64,000 bases of DNA from Mobula birostris (lineage: Eukaryota). The stretch covers positions 73,186,505-73,250,504 of the forward strand of contig NC_092381.1 in the NCBI RefSeq assembly GCF_030028105.1. The letters run 5' to 3'. The notes beneath the pieces were generated by a model, which worked only from the letters and a program-made list of their open reading frames with translations, did no database searches and had not been told where the DNA came from. Numbering within the stretch: the stretch's first letter is position 1; each line of letters opens with the position of its first letter. The position numbers were made by a program, and so were the translations under genes. Below are positions 1 to 15,100 of the stretch, one piece after another.

Positions 1-109
1 TCTGCAGTGGCAATGTATGATAATGCACCTTCACAAAATTCCCAGGAGACTGACATATGTCCAGAATCACAGTCCATGTAAGCATCAACGTTCTGGGGGA
101 CACACGGTA
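1..109 (-). CDS. Exon M4, unit U5 (truncated by window edge)
   Basis: Acceptor ttgcag|; VPCVPQNVDAYMDCDSGHMSVSWEFCEGALSYIATA. Confidence 0.85.
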
Positions 110-3100
110 CTGCAAGAAGAAAATTTATCAATAGAGGCTGAAGGGTACATAAAAGGCAACACTGCAAACAATGTATGTAAATTTTAGAAATGATTTTCAA
201 TACTTCACATGTTACCTGCTTTAACTGCCAGAGCAGAGCTGTGTGAGCTGTTACACTCCATGCGGACTGCCTGTACAGTTATGTAGTAATACAGTCCACA
301 GTACACATCAGAGACCTCACATTCAGTGCCTGTTGTATTCCAGGAGGCCCAGTGGCCGTTGGTCCCTTGTGCTGTTACGTGGTATGACTCTGAGCCATTG
401 CTGGGATCCCAAGACACTGAGACAGTGTTATTCTCGCAGTTGATGTGAGCTACCACATTCTGTGGGATACATGGTACTGTAGAAAGATGCACAGGAAACT
501 ATTGTAAACAATATAACATGATTACAATTACACAATATCAAATCTTACAATTTTTGTATAGAAATCATAGCTAATTTGTGCAAATCATATTACTACAACA
601 ATGAGCAAAACTGCAAACAATCTTTTTTGTAACATTATTTAAGACTGAATCTTAACAGAGAGTATATATTAGAGTGTTTCCTATATGATAATGGAAATGC
701 TACATACTTAACATGGCCTGAATATTATCTGTTTCTGTCTATTACCATAGGACCATATGATCATAAGTCATAGGAGCAGAATTAGGCCATTCAGCCCATC
801 AAATATACTCCGCTATTCAAGCATGGCTGATTCATTATTTTTCTTAACCCCATTATCCTGCCTTCTCCCTGTAACCTTTGATGCCCTGACCACAGAACAT
901 ATCAACCTCCACTTCAAATATACCCAATGGTTTGTCCTCCCTAGCCATCTGTGGCAATGAATTCCCCAGACTCACCACCCCCATCTCAGTTCAAATGAGT
1001 TATCCTTCTATTCTGAGGCTCTGCCCTCTGACCTTAGACTTCCCCACTATAGGAAACATCCTCCCATGTTCACTCTATCCAGGTCTTTCAATATTCGATA
1101 GGTTTCAATGAGACCACCCCTCTATATCTTCTAAACTCCAGCAAGTACAGGTCCAGAGCCATTTAACACTCCTCATACCCTTTCATTCCCAGAATCATTC
1201 TTGTGAACCTCCTCTGGACCATCTCCAGTGTCAATTCATAGCTAAGGGGCCTAAAGTTGTGCACAGTACTCCAAGTACGTTCTAACTAATGCCTTTTGAA
1301 ACCTTAGTATTGCATCCTTGCTTTTATATTCTAATCTTCTCAAAATGAATGCTAACATTGCATTTGTCTTCCTTACCCCTGCTCAACTTGCAAATTAATC
1401 TTTAGGCCATCCTGCACGAAGACTCCCAAGTCCCTTTGCGCCTCTGATTTCTGAATTTTCTCCCCATTTTGAAAATAGTTTACGCCTTTATTCCTTCTAT
1501 CTAAGTGCATGCCCATTCACTTCCCTACACTATATTTCACCTAACCAAGGTGGATTGTATATGAAAGAGATATCTTTGTCTCCTTGCCATGCTAAATATT
1601 TTCATAATCTCAGCAAGCTCTGAAATGATCAGAAAGCAAGGTCTATAAAGTGAGAGTGTTGAACCCTTATTAATGTTACATGATCACCAGATAAGACAGC
1701 ATTCCCAATGCACAGTTAAAGCACAAGCAAGAGGCTTCCTCTATCTGCCAGGATTATCTGCTACCCAATTGAGTTTTTTGCAATGATTACCTATGTTAAT
1801 TATTATTTTACTAACTGTTTGGTGTTGGATATTGATCTCCTGTTTTATCATGTTATGCAATTTTTGAAATTCATTTCTGATGCTCATTCTGTTGATTTTT
1901 ATTGAAAAGGAAAGAATCGTTACCTGTTTGAATTTCAAAAGCTGGACTTGGTAAGCTGGTGCAATTCTCGTCCATCGCTAACACAGTTATATTAAACATC
2001 TGGCCACATGGGAGGCCTACAATCTCACAGTTTGCTCCCGTTGTATTGCAGGAGTAGTCCTCTCCTTCCACTCCTTCTGCCATAGCAGTGTAGTACACTG
2101 CACCCTCGCTCTCCTCCCACCAAACTGATGTTGTGTATTTTCCACAGTCCAAGTGAGCACTTACATTCTGGGGACTACAGGGAGCTTAAGAAATATTAAA
2201 ACATAACAGAATGGAAAAAGGAATAGCCATACATTTACTTAAATTAACATGTATACATCAATAAATTAAAAAAATGGAAACTTCCAAATAAGACCATTAA
2301 TAACTCTTTCTGTGAACATGGGAAAGCTTTGTATGGGACAGTAGAAACATCAACAACTAAATGATTCAATCTGGCTACTGTGTGATAGTCACATATCTAG
2401 AAGTTGCCTTGATGAACTCCCTGGGTTTCACTACTATATAATACCTGTCGCACCAGACAGTCAGCCATTCTTGTCTGGTGCGTGGTGTCAGGATTAGTCT
2501 CCTTTCGGATTAACTGGGTCAGGATATGAATGTTCCTGACTTGACCCTCGTTTTTTACGAGGCCGAGTGGCTAGCTCAATGCTCAACCCGGCACGGATGG
2601 AAAGCGTGTTCGGGGGGTGGCCCGACTTGGATTCGAACTCGGGAGCCTTCACTCCGGAGTCCAGCGCTGATGCCACTGCGCCACCAGCCGGCCAGAGGCT
2701 AACTTGATCAGTACTGGAAGAAGTCAATCAATATCAGATATCGGAATCTAAAATAATTGATAATTTACCATTATTGGGGATTAAATCATTGAATCCTGCA
2801 TGGATTTATTAATTTCAAGGCATGCTTGATAGTATTCACATCATTAGGTGGAGGATTAGAGCACAGATATTGTTTCAGGTTGTTTACAGAAAAAAGTTGA
2901 AATGTTCAAAGTAAAATTTATTATCAGACTATAAACAAGTCACCACGTATAACCTGGAAGTTAGACGAAATGGTGTTGGAGCGGTTATGGTAACATAACA
3001 TGCAAAATCTAAACAGCAATTTGATCTTGTGTGGCTGACTAATAAGACTTAGGTACAACTGATAATTTTTATTTAATATTATGTCAATATACTGCTCTAG

Positions 3101-6100
3101 TATACTACTGAATTAAAATAATGGAATTGCATTTTTCGATTATATGTCATAGTCAATAATCAATGGATTACCTGTCTGTATTTCAACTGCTGAACTCAGA
3201 GAGTGGTTGCAGGTCCTGTCAGATGCTACAACATACACAGAATATAACTGGCCACAGAGCAGCATGGGTGTTCTACATGATGTTTCTGATGTGCTGCATG
3301 AAATGTTGCTCCCGTCAGCTCTTTCTGCAATGGCAGTGTACCACAGTGCTCCTTCACTATCATCCCACAATACAAGAGCTGTATTGAGGTTACAATCCAG
3401 TTGTACTTTGACATTCTGTGGGTCACAAGGGACTGAAAATAAGGTTGAAAGTTAAAGTGGATATCAGGCAATGGATCAAGCATTGTGGATTCAAATAAAC
3501 CGATTGACAAACTTACTAAGTTAGTAATAACTTTATTGGAGTTTATTATTCTAAATCATGGAAATGGTTAGCAATTTAAAGTATCAGTGTTGATGAGATT
3601 CACTCTCTAAATTTGTGAACATGATGTTTGAATTCATTGCAGATGATACAATTGTTAGCAGAAGTGGAATCCATGAACTGAAGGGCAGGGGCAGCATGGT
3701 TATCAAATGATTAACAGACAGTAATCAGAGGTGGTGGTAAATTGTTGGTTATCATACTGTAGAGAAGTATGTAGTCGTACTCCTATAGAGTTAGGACTTC
3801 ATTCAATAATTAATTAATTTTATATATTAACATCTTAGACAAGTCTGCCAAAGATTCTAAACATAGTATATAGTTAACAGCATGATGGGGAAGGATTTAA
3901 GTAGGACATAGAATTATGAGATGGATGAAAATACTAACAGTATCAAGTAATCCTTTTTTGAAGGAAAGATGAGGAAGAACATAAAATAAATGGTACAATA
4001 TCACCAGTAAATCTGCTGTTTAGAAACAAAGATCTTTGAAGCTAAACTTTTCTCATTTATTTATTATTTTTTTCCAGGGATTGGACATAGTGGGAAAGAC
4101 CAGTATTTATTTCTCATCCCTAATTGCCTTGAGAAGGTGGTGGTATGCTGCCTTCTTGAACTGCTACTGCAGTTTTGATTAAATACTTTCATAAAGCGCT
4201 TGGAGAAGCATTTCCAGAATTTATACTGAGCAGTGATGAAAGAGTAGTAATATATTTCAAAGTTGAGATTTGTGACTCAGAGGGGAAGCTTTAGGTTATG
4301 ACTTATTTGTGTGCATGTTGCATTTGTGCTTCATGGTGGCAGAGGTTACGGATCTGGGAGGTGACTTTAGGATAATTTTGGTAAGTCACTGCAATGCATT
4401 TTGTAGAAAGTACATATTGCAGCCACTGTACATTGGCGGTGAAGGAAATGGATGTTTAAGGTGGTAAATTGGATGCCAATCAAGTAGGTTGCTTTGTCCT
4501 GGAAGGTATTAAAACAGAAGTTACTGGCAGCACTCAGCATCTGTGGAGAGGGAAACAGAGTTAACGCTTCGGATTGATGATACTTCATCAGAATTTGGAA
4601 AAGTTGGAAATGTTATAAGCCACAGAAAAGTGAAAGTGGTGAAGCAAACAAAGTAGATGTTTGTGATTAGACTGAAGGTCAAGAGAGACTGAATAACACT
4701 GATATTATAGTTGCTAGCTGAAGGAGGGTGGCTATGGCTTGTTGATCACAGCTAATATATCCAGAGGAGAAGTAAATAGAGAAAAAAGAATGAGGGCCTG
4801 GAGAGAGGGAAAAATCAAAGCTGCAACTTTCCTGCAGTTTCTGGAAAACAAGACCATGAGAAATACTGGAAGTATTAAGCAAATCAGGCAGAACCTTAGA
4901 GAAGGAGTAGTTAACAACACCAATGGATGACCTTTCATCAGAACCAGAATTTTCAGATATAGATAAAAAAAGCTGGTTATCTGAAAATTTTCAGTTAAAT
5001 ATTGAGCTTTGATTCCCCCTTCCTTGTAAACTAAAACATCTTTTCAACTTCCCCAGGTCTCATGAAAGGCCAACAATGTGAAATGCTATTTGCCTGATTG
5101 ATGAGAATTTCCAGTATTTTGGATTTCCACCGGTTGCAGCTTTTTGATTTTATTCATGATAGTTTTGAGCTACTTCAGTGCTGCTGGTGGTGGATTCATC
5201 TGAGAAAGTGGGTAACTTTCCATCGTATGCTTGACTTGCACCTTGTGGATGGTCGAAAGGCTTGTGATGTCAAGTGGTGAGGACTCTTGTGCTCACGTGA
5301 CTCATTCATTTGAATTTCCCATGAATGGTGACCCCAGGATGTTGAAGCATGCAGGATACAATGTAATGGTGGTGACATTGAACATCAGATGGAGGTAATC
5401 AGGTCCTCTTGTTGCAGATGGTCAGTGCCTGGCATTGAACATCAAAGGGAGGTAATGAGGTCCTCTTGTTGTAGATGGTCAGTGCCTGGCATTGAACATC
5501 AAAGGGAGGTAATCAGGTCCTCTTGTTGTAGATGGTCAGTGCCTGGTATTGAACATCAAAGGGAGGTAATCAGGTCCTCTTGTTGCAGATGGTCAGTGCC
5601 TGGTATTGAACATCAAAGGGAGGTAATGAGGTCCTCTTGTTGCAGCTGGTCAATACCTGGCACTTTGGTGACTTGAAAATTATTTGCCACTTAGCTTGCA
5701 TATTGTCTAGCTCTTACAAAATGCTGGCAAGGGTTGATTTATTTCCTGAGGAGTTGAAAATGAAGCTAAGCATTCCTACTTCTGACCTTAAGAAAGGAAA
5801 GACATTGGTGGCTGGGCTGAGGACACTGTTCTGAGGAACTCCTGCAGGGTGGGCTGATTGACATCCTGCAACCATAACCACCTTCCTTTGTACAAAGTAT
5901 AACTGAAACATTATCCTTGATGCCAACTGACTTCAATTTTTCTATAACTTCTTGACGCCAGACTCGACAAAAACTGCTGTTTTATTGAGAACCTTCTAGA
6001 ATTCAACTAATACTGTAATGAGGTGTTAAGTCAATTGATCCTGACAAATTCCCAAAGTGGCCATCAGATTACTAGTGAATAAGTACCACTGTTGACAAGA

Positions 6101-9100
6101 CCTTCCATCACTTTACTGATTAACCTCAGGAGCATTGGCCATAATTAGCCAGTTTGGATTTATTTTGCACTTTGTGAACAGGCAAAAAGCCAACTTAATT
6201 CACAATAAAAAAAAGTTGCAGATGTTGGGTATCTGAAAGAAAAAAATAAATAAAGTAGAGGAAACCTTCAGCCAGCTAGGTAGTGCTTGTGGAAAGAGAA
6301 AGAGATTTAACTTTCAGATCTTTCAACAGTTACTGCCTAGCTTCTTGAAAACATAAAGCATACTTCATTTGTATTTTAATGTTTCATATTGTCAGGTGTA
6401 TGCCTTTGTTGGGTGTATTACACGGTTGCAATTGCACTGAAACCGCCTGGCATATGGCAGAATTAGCTCTGGAACTCAGGTTTCAGTATTACAGATTAGA
6501 TATCCCAACATGGGAGCTGAACAGCCATTCCTGCACTGTTAGTCCTGGCATCCTGGGTGAGTTACATATTAATTTCAGTGTGTACCACAGATTGCAATCA
6601 ATTCTACCCATTAAGTTTCATTGACCATATCTTTGTATACACAATTCAATTAAAACCATGGAATATAAATCTAATATCCCTCCTACGCTGTAGTTCTCCT
6701 GCCCAGTGACTCAGGTTAAAAAGAGCCCAATAGATTTAGTGCATGCGAGATTGGTTAGAGATTATGACTTGGTGCATTGGTTTTAGTGCAGGCTCACTTA
6801 TTCTCAGTAGACATGAATAATTTTGACTTAACAAGCCTGTCAATAATAGTGACAAGCCAGTCTTCTCACATGCATGGACAATGTGACCATAGAAGAGTTC
6901 TCCTCCAGGTGGTAAAAAAGCAAGGAAAAAAAATTCTGAATCTTTCTAAATTTCTGGTACTCCCCATTACTGGTATACACTGTTAAATTCTGCACATTAC
7001 ACTTTACAAAGCATGCAAAGTACATGGAGATTTAGTGGAATGATAGCGAAGAATGAGGAAATTCCATTATGTAAAGGCACTGAAGCAAGTGGAGATGGTG
7101 ATGAGTTCAATATTCATTTTATTAAGTACACGGTCAGAATTCCAAACTTCTGGCTGGAGCTAAAACAATGTTTATCATTCTATGGTGGTCCTTACGAATA
7201 GCTTTGATCGTTTCCAGGGTGAGCATGGACAGTGGTTGATTTAGAAATACACCTGTGAAAATGCTGCAATCCCGTACAAATAACATAGGGAAATGATCCA
7301 TTAATCAGAACTCACACGGTAGCAAATATTACTCCCATTACACCACTGGAAAAATCTCGAGTTGAGGTAGAAATGACATTTTGAAAAATGTTTAACATGA
7401 GGATAATTTTTAAAAAGTGAGAAATATACACAATGATATATTGCCAGTGGATTGCAAGACTTCATTTGCTGATCTGTCACAAAAAGATTTCAGGAAATGA
7501 GCAATACCTGAATGTACATTCACCACTGCTCTCTGGGGCCTCCTGCAGATGTCATCTGTTGCTAGGACAGAGATTGTATAATATTCACCACACTGCAGGT
7601 CCTGGATTTGAGCCCTTGTACCACTTGTGTTGAATAAAGCTGTAACTCTTTGACTGTCTCGAACAGTCACAGTGTATAACTTTGCTCCAGCAGTCTCATC
7701 CCACCAGAAGGATATTGTGCTCAAATCACAATTAAGCTCAGCCGTTAGGTTCTCAGGAATGCAGGGTGCTATTTAGAAAATAAATATCAATTCCTGCTGT
7801 CCTGCAGAAACACAAAATGAATACACATGGGAATTATTTCCTTGCTGAATGTTACTTACCGGTTTGTATTTGGACAGAAGTACTCGAAATGCCATGCCGG
7901 CTGTAACTCAGTGTCGTTACGGTTATGTTATAGGACTGTCCACAGTGTAAATCCAGCATTTCATGGTGTGTCTCTGTGGTGTTGTGTGAGTGTATATGAC
8001 CATCACTGCCTTCTGCAGTTACATCGAATGAGGTCGCTCCACCAGTCCTTCCCCAGGACACCACCACTCTATTGGAGTTACAATCCACATTGGCAATGAT
8101 TTCATCCGGGGCACATGGTGCTGTGGAAAACGAAATACAAAAATTAAACTCCACTACCTGCTAGCAAATCTCTGAAGTTAAACATCTTCAAATTTGTTCT
8201 ACATTTGTCCACTCAGCCCAGCCATATTAGAATCAAAGGAATTCCAGGTCAAGAGAGAGGGTTGAGAAAGTCTGCAGATGCTGAAAATCCAGAGCAACAA
8301 ACACAAAATGCTGAAGGAACTCAGCAGGTCAGGCAGCATCCATGGAAATGAATTAACAGATAACGTTTTGGGCCAAGACCTTTCTTCAGGACAATACTTA
8401 GGGTCAGTGTGATTGGCACCAAGTTTGAAAACTAAGTCATCAATGTTGACTGGAAAAATTAGAAGGATTCTGTTTCCAAAATCCATAGAGAATTTTGGAA
8501 TTTATGGAGATGAGTGAAAGTTGAACACCATGCAATGATTGGAAATGAAATCAGTGGAGCTTGGGAGTGCACTTCCATAGCAACCTGTCATCACACCGAG
8601 AAAAGGAAACTGAGAGACAGGCTAGAGTGACTAAGTTGACAGACAGTGCTTCTGTGTCCGTTTAGTTTAAAACCAATTGCTTGAAAAAGTAGGCACATCA
8701 GAATGATGGACAATTGGCCACTCCAATGCCCGGTTATAACAGTGAGTTGCTGTGTACCATCTCTGTATACTTCAGCATTGCAATGCAGTTTTAACTTTAA
8801 CCACCCAAATGTAAATTTAGCAGGAGGGCAATTTAAAACAATGTTGGAATAATTTACAATGATTATTGTTCAATCGAGTAAAGATTACTAGGCACATAAT
8901 AGCAGTTCGGCGACGTCTGTTCCAGTTAACGATACTGAAGAACACTTTTGAAGAAGTATGCACTACTGTGTCACCAGGGAACTGCCTTTTCTAACCAAAT
9001 AATTCAGTTTAATGACTTTTCTTCAGAGATCGCTGTACATAGCCTGGCTGCTCACTTTTCCATGACTCCTACGCTGCAAACACTTCAAAAATAATCTCTT

Positions 9101-12100
9101 CATTGCAAACTCCATCAGGACATTGCAGGGAGATGAGAGGTGCTATATAAAGCTTTATTTCTTTTTTACCTGTATGAATTTCGTAGTGGGAGCTCCGGAA
9201 GCTGCTGCAGGTTTCACCAAATGCGAGTACAGAGATGTTGTATGTTTGGCTGCAGTGAAGATCTGGGACGAGACAGTTTGTTTTGGATGTGGTACAGGTG
9301 GCTGTGTGTCCATCGCTCCCCTCAGCCGTAGCGGTGTACCACACTGTGAGGTTACTCGGCTCCCATGATACAAAGGCAGTGACACCGTCACAATCAGCTT
9401 GTACGTTCTGAGGGGGGCAAGGGACTTGGAGAGAGACAAACACATGAATTACTGAAATGAGTGAGTACTTCAAACGGCAGATGTCAGACATTGGGGCAGC
9501 ACTAGACTAGGCCATTCGTTCCCTCAATTTGTTTCCGCTGTTTCATTAGATTAAGGCTGAATTATCCACGAGCACCTTGTTTTCAATTCCCTGAACATCC
9601 TCAGCTGTCAAAATTTGAAAATGCCTATTAATCTAACATCGTCAGTCAGGCAGCAAACTCCTGATTGCCATTTTTAATTATGTTAAATTGTAATTGTTGA
9701 TCCCATCCCTGAAGGATCTTTCTGTAATTTTAAACTGATTTCCCCTTTGTTCAGAAATCCTCTGCCATTGGAATTAGTTTCTGTCTCCACAGACAAATCT
9801 TCTAATCATCTTTAAAAACAGTTCACCTCTTAATTTTAAAAGAGTACACCTTTGGTCTTATCTGAAGCCAGGATCAAGTTTCAAGCTCTTATCCTCTGCA
9901 GTTTTGCTCTTGAAGTTTCCATTGTTCTTATGTATTCAGTAAACAGCCTCAGACCAATGAATTGAAACAGCAAATGCTAGTTTCAAGTTGATGATGTTTC
10001 ATTAGAACTGGGGAACAAGTTTTAAATTGCAAAAGAAATAGGAAGGGACAGAGAGAACAAAGAAATGTTATAGGGTGCACGTGAGGAGATCTTGAACGAG
10101 CTGTCAAAGACATACTAGTTGGTGGGTAAACTGGTCATTGTAAATTGTCCTGTGATCAGGCTAGGGTTAAATTGAGGGTTGCTGGGCGGCACGACTTGAA
10201 GGGCCAGAAGTGCTTGTTCCACACAGTATCTCAAAAAATAAAAATAAAAAAAAAATAAAAGAATAGTGGAGGTATGTCTGGAATATATAAACAAAGGGAA
10301 TCAAATCTATCTGTGGGAGTGAGTTGTCAGAGGAAGTGATTGAGGCTGTTGTAAAAAGACAATTGGACAGGTAAATGGATTGGAAAGATTTAGAAAGTTA
10401 TGAGCGAAATGTTGGCAAATGGGACTAACTTAAATGGGGCAATGGGTCATCTCAGTCAGCACGGGCCAGCTGGGTCAAAGGGATTCTTTTTGCACTGTGA
10501 AATCTGAACTACCAATACAGTAATGTGCACATCTCCCCTGTGACAACGTAGCTTTCTCCAAATGCTCGAGCTTCATTCTATAGTATATACCAACAATGTG
10601 TGTGGCTAGGTCAATTGTCCCTACTGTGTAGGAGAGTGGTAGAATCTGGGGGAAGTTGATGGGACTGTGGGGAGATTTGAATTGGCTTAGTGTAAATGTC
10701 TTTTTTGTCAGCATGATCGTCAAAAGGATGAAGGGCCGGTTTCTGTGCTGTGTCACATTATAACTAAGATTTTTTCCCTCTTTTCCAATAGTTCTGATTA
10801 GTTATCTTCTCCTTGTAACAATTCTTCCAGATGTGACTCCTCCACCAGGCTCAGTATGCACTATAACTACTTTGTGTCAGAGATTTATGAGCATGCTGCC
10901 TGGACTAGAGATCCTGAGTTATAGGGAGAGGTCGGCACACTGGACCTTTGCTCCCTTGTGCTCAGGAGGATGGTTGGGGTGGGGGCAGAGGTGACCTCAT
11001 AGAAATCTATAAAATCATGAAGGCTGTGGACAAGGTGGAAGGTCTTAGCCTCTCACCCGGGGTTGTGGGGTCAGAAACCATAAGGCACAAAAACAAAATA
11101 ATTGGCGAGAGACTCAGAACAGACCTGAGGGAACTTCCTTGCATAGAGGGCAGTGAATAGTTGGGATGAGCTGCCAGAGGAGGTAGCTGAGGTGGGTACA
11201 ATTGTAACATACAAGAGGCATTTGGATAGCTACATGGAGCGGAGGAGCTTGGGCGACTGGCATTAGCATGGACCCGTTGAGCTAAAGAGCCTGTTTACAT
11301 GCTGCTTGATTCCATGTTAAAGCCCTAGTGAAGATATGCATTGCACTCAGACAGAAAAATGTAGAGAAGTAACATTTACTTTGATTAAATGTGGTAATCT
11401 ATAAAAATCAGTTGGCATATTCCTTCCTCTGGATGAAATACCTTGAACAATATAACTTCATTTTATGCTTAAACATAATATTAGTAGATTGTTTTATTTT
11501 GGTAACTATTGTGATTGGTTTGGTTGCTGGGTGTGATACAGACACGGGTGAGTTGCCATCTGTGACTGGACAGAAGACAAATCCCAGGAGAGGCTTAGAG
11601 GGAGCCTGTAAATTCTGTGATTTGGGCCCCAGGAGCAGCTAACATGAAGATCAGTATCTGTGGGAGTGGATAAGAGGTAGGCCCGAGGTCCCGGAAAGAG
11701 AGCTGGCTTAGCTGATCCAGCCTATTGTGATACTGTGGAATTGGAATTTTCTGCAATTTTGTTATTTAGGTTCTGACATAGTCAATGACCTGAAACATTA
11801 ACTCTTTCTCATCATTGACACTGCTTAAATTGTTAACTTCCTTCATTTCTAATTTCTTCCAGAATTTCATTAAGTCTTTGTATCCATTTGGCCAGCAAGG
11901 AAACAAGGATTGCCAGTTGTCATTTGGATTGAATTCAGCCTATGAATTCAACACAGGCTACAGTGTTTAATTAGGACTTGCAATTGCAAGGGTCAAGAGA
12001 GGCTACTTTTAGTGGAGGAGAAGGGAGAATACTGGATAGAAACCCTCTGATCACTCAATACTTCTACTGAATGAGTTCACACTGAAGATCCAGAAACACT

Positions 12101-15100
12101 CAGTGATTTTTCCAATTCTGAGATCTCAGAATAGTTCTTCCTTCTGTAGTGGCATCAGCTTTTGTCTTACACGCCAGAGACTTTAGCAACGTTACCTGTC
12201 TCAGTTTCAAACACTGAAGCGTTTATACTCTGACAGTAAGCATCCACTGCTTTTACAGTCATTGAATATGTCTGACTGCAGTGCAGATCTATGAAATCAC
12301 AGCTCGTCTCTGTTGTGTTACACAGTGAAACGTGTCCATCTTGTCCTTCTGCTGTTGTAATGTACCACATGGCACCCTCAGCCTTTGCCCAGGTCACTGA
12401 CGTACTCCTGGTGTCACAGTCCAGGTTAATGGAAATGTTGTCAGGTGCACATGGGGCTGCAAGGTACAGAAACACAAACCAGGAGGAAATTGTTACAAAA
12501 CAGATCTTTCAAAATGTTTGGTTATGACAATGTAAAATTTACTTCTTAAAAATAGATTATAATGGGTAATCCTCACTCCATTTACATAGAGAATTTCTCC
12601 ACATGCCTTAATTTTGATATCTTTGGCTTTGTTAAGAATTATACTAAAAAGCTTCCCATTTCCCTTCTGACATGTCGGTCTACAGCCTCTTCTACTGCCA
12701 CAATGAAGCCGCACTCAGACTGGAGGAGCAACACCTCATAATCTGTCAGGGCTGCCATCAACCTAACAACATGAACATTAATTTCTTTAACTTTTGGTAA
12801 TTTATCTCCCCTTCTCCTTCTCTCTTCTTTCATTCCTCATTCTGGTTCCCCTCTCACCCCTTCGCACCTTCCCATCTCCTTCCTTGGGTGCCCTCTTTCT
12901 TCCATGGTCCATTATCCTCTCCTAACGGGTTCTTTCTTCTTTACCTTTTCCACCTATCACCTCCCAGCTCCTTACTTCATCCCCCCTTCCCACCTATCTA
13001 CTCACTCATCTGGTTTAACCAATCACCTGCTGACTTATACTCCTTTCCCTCCCCCTCAACTTCTTGTTCTGGCTTCTTTCCCCCTTCCTTTCCAGTCCTG
13101 ATGAAACCTCGCACCGTTGGCCTGAAACACCAACTGTTTATTTCCTTCCACAGATGCTGCCTGACTTGCTGAGTTCCTCCAGCACGTTGTGTCTGTTGCT
13201 CAAAGTTTCCAGTATCTGCAGAAGCTCTTGTGTTTATGATTCCCAGTAGATAGACATTTTGCCCATTCCTGCCACCTGAACTGAAGTGATTGTGGATGTG
13301 GATCACATTACACGACCAACCAATCTAAATTTTGTTTTAGTAGAGATATTTTTATCTAAGAAGGAACAGCTGCTGAAAAAGAAATTATTATAGTAAACTG
13401 ACTTAGTTTAGTATGAAAAATAATAATTCAAGAAAAGAGACATACCAGTGCTGAACTCAAACTGAGAGCTTTGTGAGGTGTCACACACACCATCCAGCGC
13501 TGTCACAGTTAAATTGTACACCTGTCCACAGTATAGGTTGGTTATCTGACATTCGGTACTGGCCGTCTCACAGGAAACTGGGTGCCCATCACTTCCTTCT
13601 GCTGTTGCCGAGTAAGAGACTGCACCTTTAGTGTGGCTCCACAGTACTGAAGCATCGTTTGTGTCACAGTCTACATGGACATCGAGGTTCTGTGGGATGC
13701 ACGAAACTAGAAATGGCAAACAGAAGACAAGCATTGTCAGCGGCTTTATGGATGGTTTACTTAGCCAGAACCTTCAATTAATTTTACAGTATGTGGCTTT
13801 ATAAAATTGGGAGTACACACCTTTTTGAAATGTACCGCTTGTATGTGATATACATACACACTCAGTGGCCATTTTAATAGAAACAAGAGTTGAACCTGGT
13901 GTGTCTTCTGGCGTGTAACCCATCCACCTCAAGGTCTGACGTATTGTGCTGCTCACCACTGTTGTAATGTATGGTTCTTTGAGTTACTGTCAACTTCCTG
14001 TTAGCTTAAACCAGTCTGGTAATTCTCCTCTGTCCTCTGTCATTAACAAGGTGTATTTGCCCACAGAACTGGATGTTTTTTTTTGCACCATTCCCTGTAA
14101 ACTCTAGACTGTTGTTTGTGAAAATCCCAAGAGATCATTAGTCTCTGAGATACTCAAACCACTCTGTGCGGCACCAACAATCATTCCACAGTCAAAGTCA
14201 TTTAGATCATATTTCTCCCCATTCTGACATTCATTCTGAACAACAACTAAATCTCTTGACCATGTCTGCATGCTTTATGCATTGAGTTTCTGCCACATGA
14301 TTGGCTGATTAGATAGCAGGTGTACCCAATAAAGTGGCCAATGATTTGGACAAAAAGTAGGTGGGCTGATTAGTAAGTTTGTCAATGCTCTTGATCGTCA
14401 GCAAGGTTATCAAAGGAGACATTAGGATATGAGTCAGTTGGAAAGGTTAGCAGAGGAGTGACAGGTGGTGTTTTATCTGGACAACTCTGAGGTGTTGCAC
14501 TGTGGGTGGTCAAATGTAAGAGGGAAGTATACAGTAAATGGCAGGACCATTGAGAGCACTGATTCGCTAAGGATTCTTGGAACATAAGTCTAACTCCCTG
14601 AAAGTGGCAACACCAGTCGATAGGATGATGAAGAACTCATAAGGCACAGTTGCTTTCATTGGTCAGGGTGTTGAGTATAAAGTTGAGCAGTCATGTTGCA
14701 GCCGTATAAATCTTCGGTCAGACCACATTCAAACTATTCTGATTGCCACATTTCGGGAAGAAAATGGAGACTTTGGGGAGAGTGCAAAAGAGGTTCACCA
14801 GAATGTTGCCAAAACTAGAGAGATGTAACTCTAAGGAGTGGTTAGACAAACTTGGATTGTTTTCTCTGGAGTGCCGGAGACTGAGAGGCAACCGGATATG
14901 AGTATCAAACACTATGAGAACCACAGATGGTGTCGTTGCAAAGTCTCTTTCCCAGAGTGAAAATATCAGATACTAGAGAGCATGGCCATAATGTGTGATA
15001 AGAAAGTTTAAAAGAGATTTTTGAAGTAAAACGTTTTTAGGTGGAAAGTGGTAGGTGAACAGAAATCTCTGCCAAGGGAAGTAGTGGAAACAGATAAAAT

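Noticed and set aside
2630-2694. tRNA gene
   Set aside because: It has A/B boxes but no complete cloverleaf, and it continues into a SINE core repeated elsewhere in the window.
5389-5676. Cys-rich repeat ORF or CRISPR-like array
   Set aside because: Head-to-tail minisatellite without spacers; the ORF arises from a period divisible by 3.
6379-6624. Possible extra degenerate FN3 exon (minus strand reads DCNLWYT)
   Set aside because: No matching Cys/Trp/Tyr spacing, no suitable splice sites, and no counterpart in other units.
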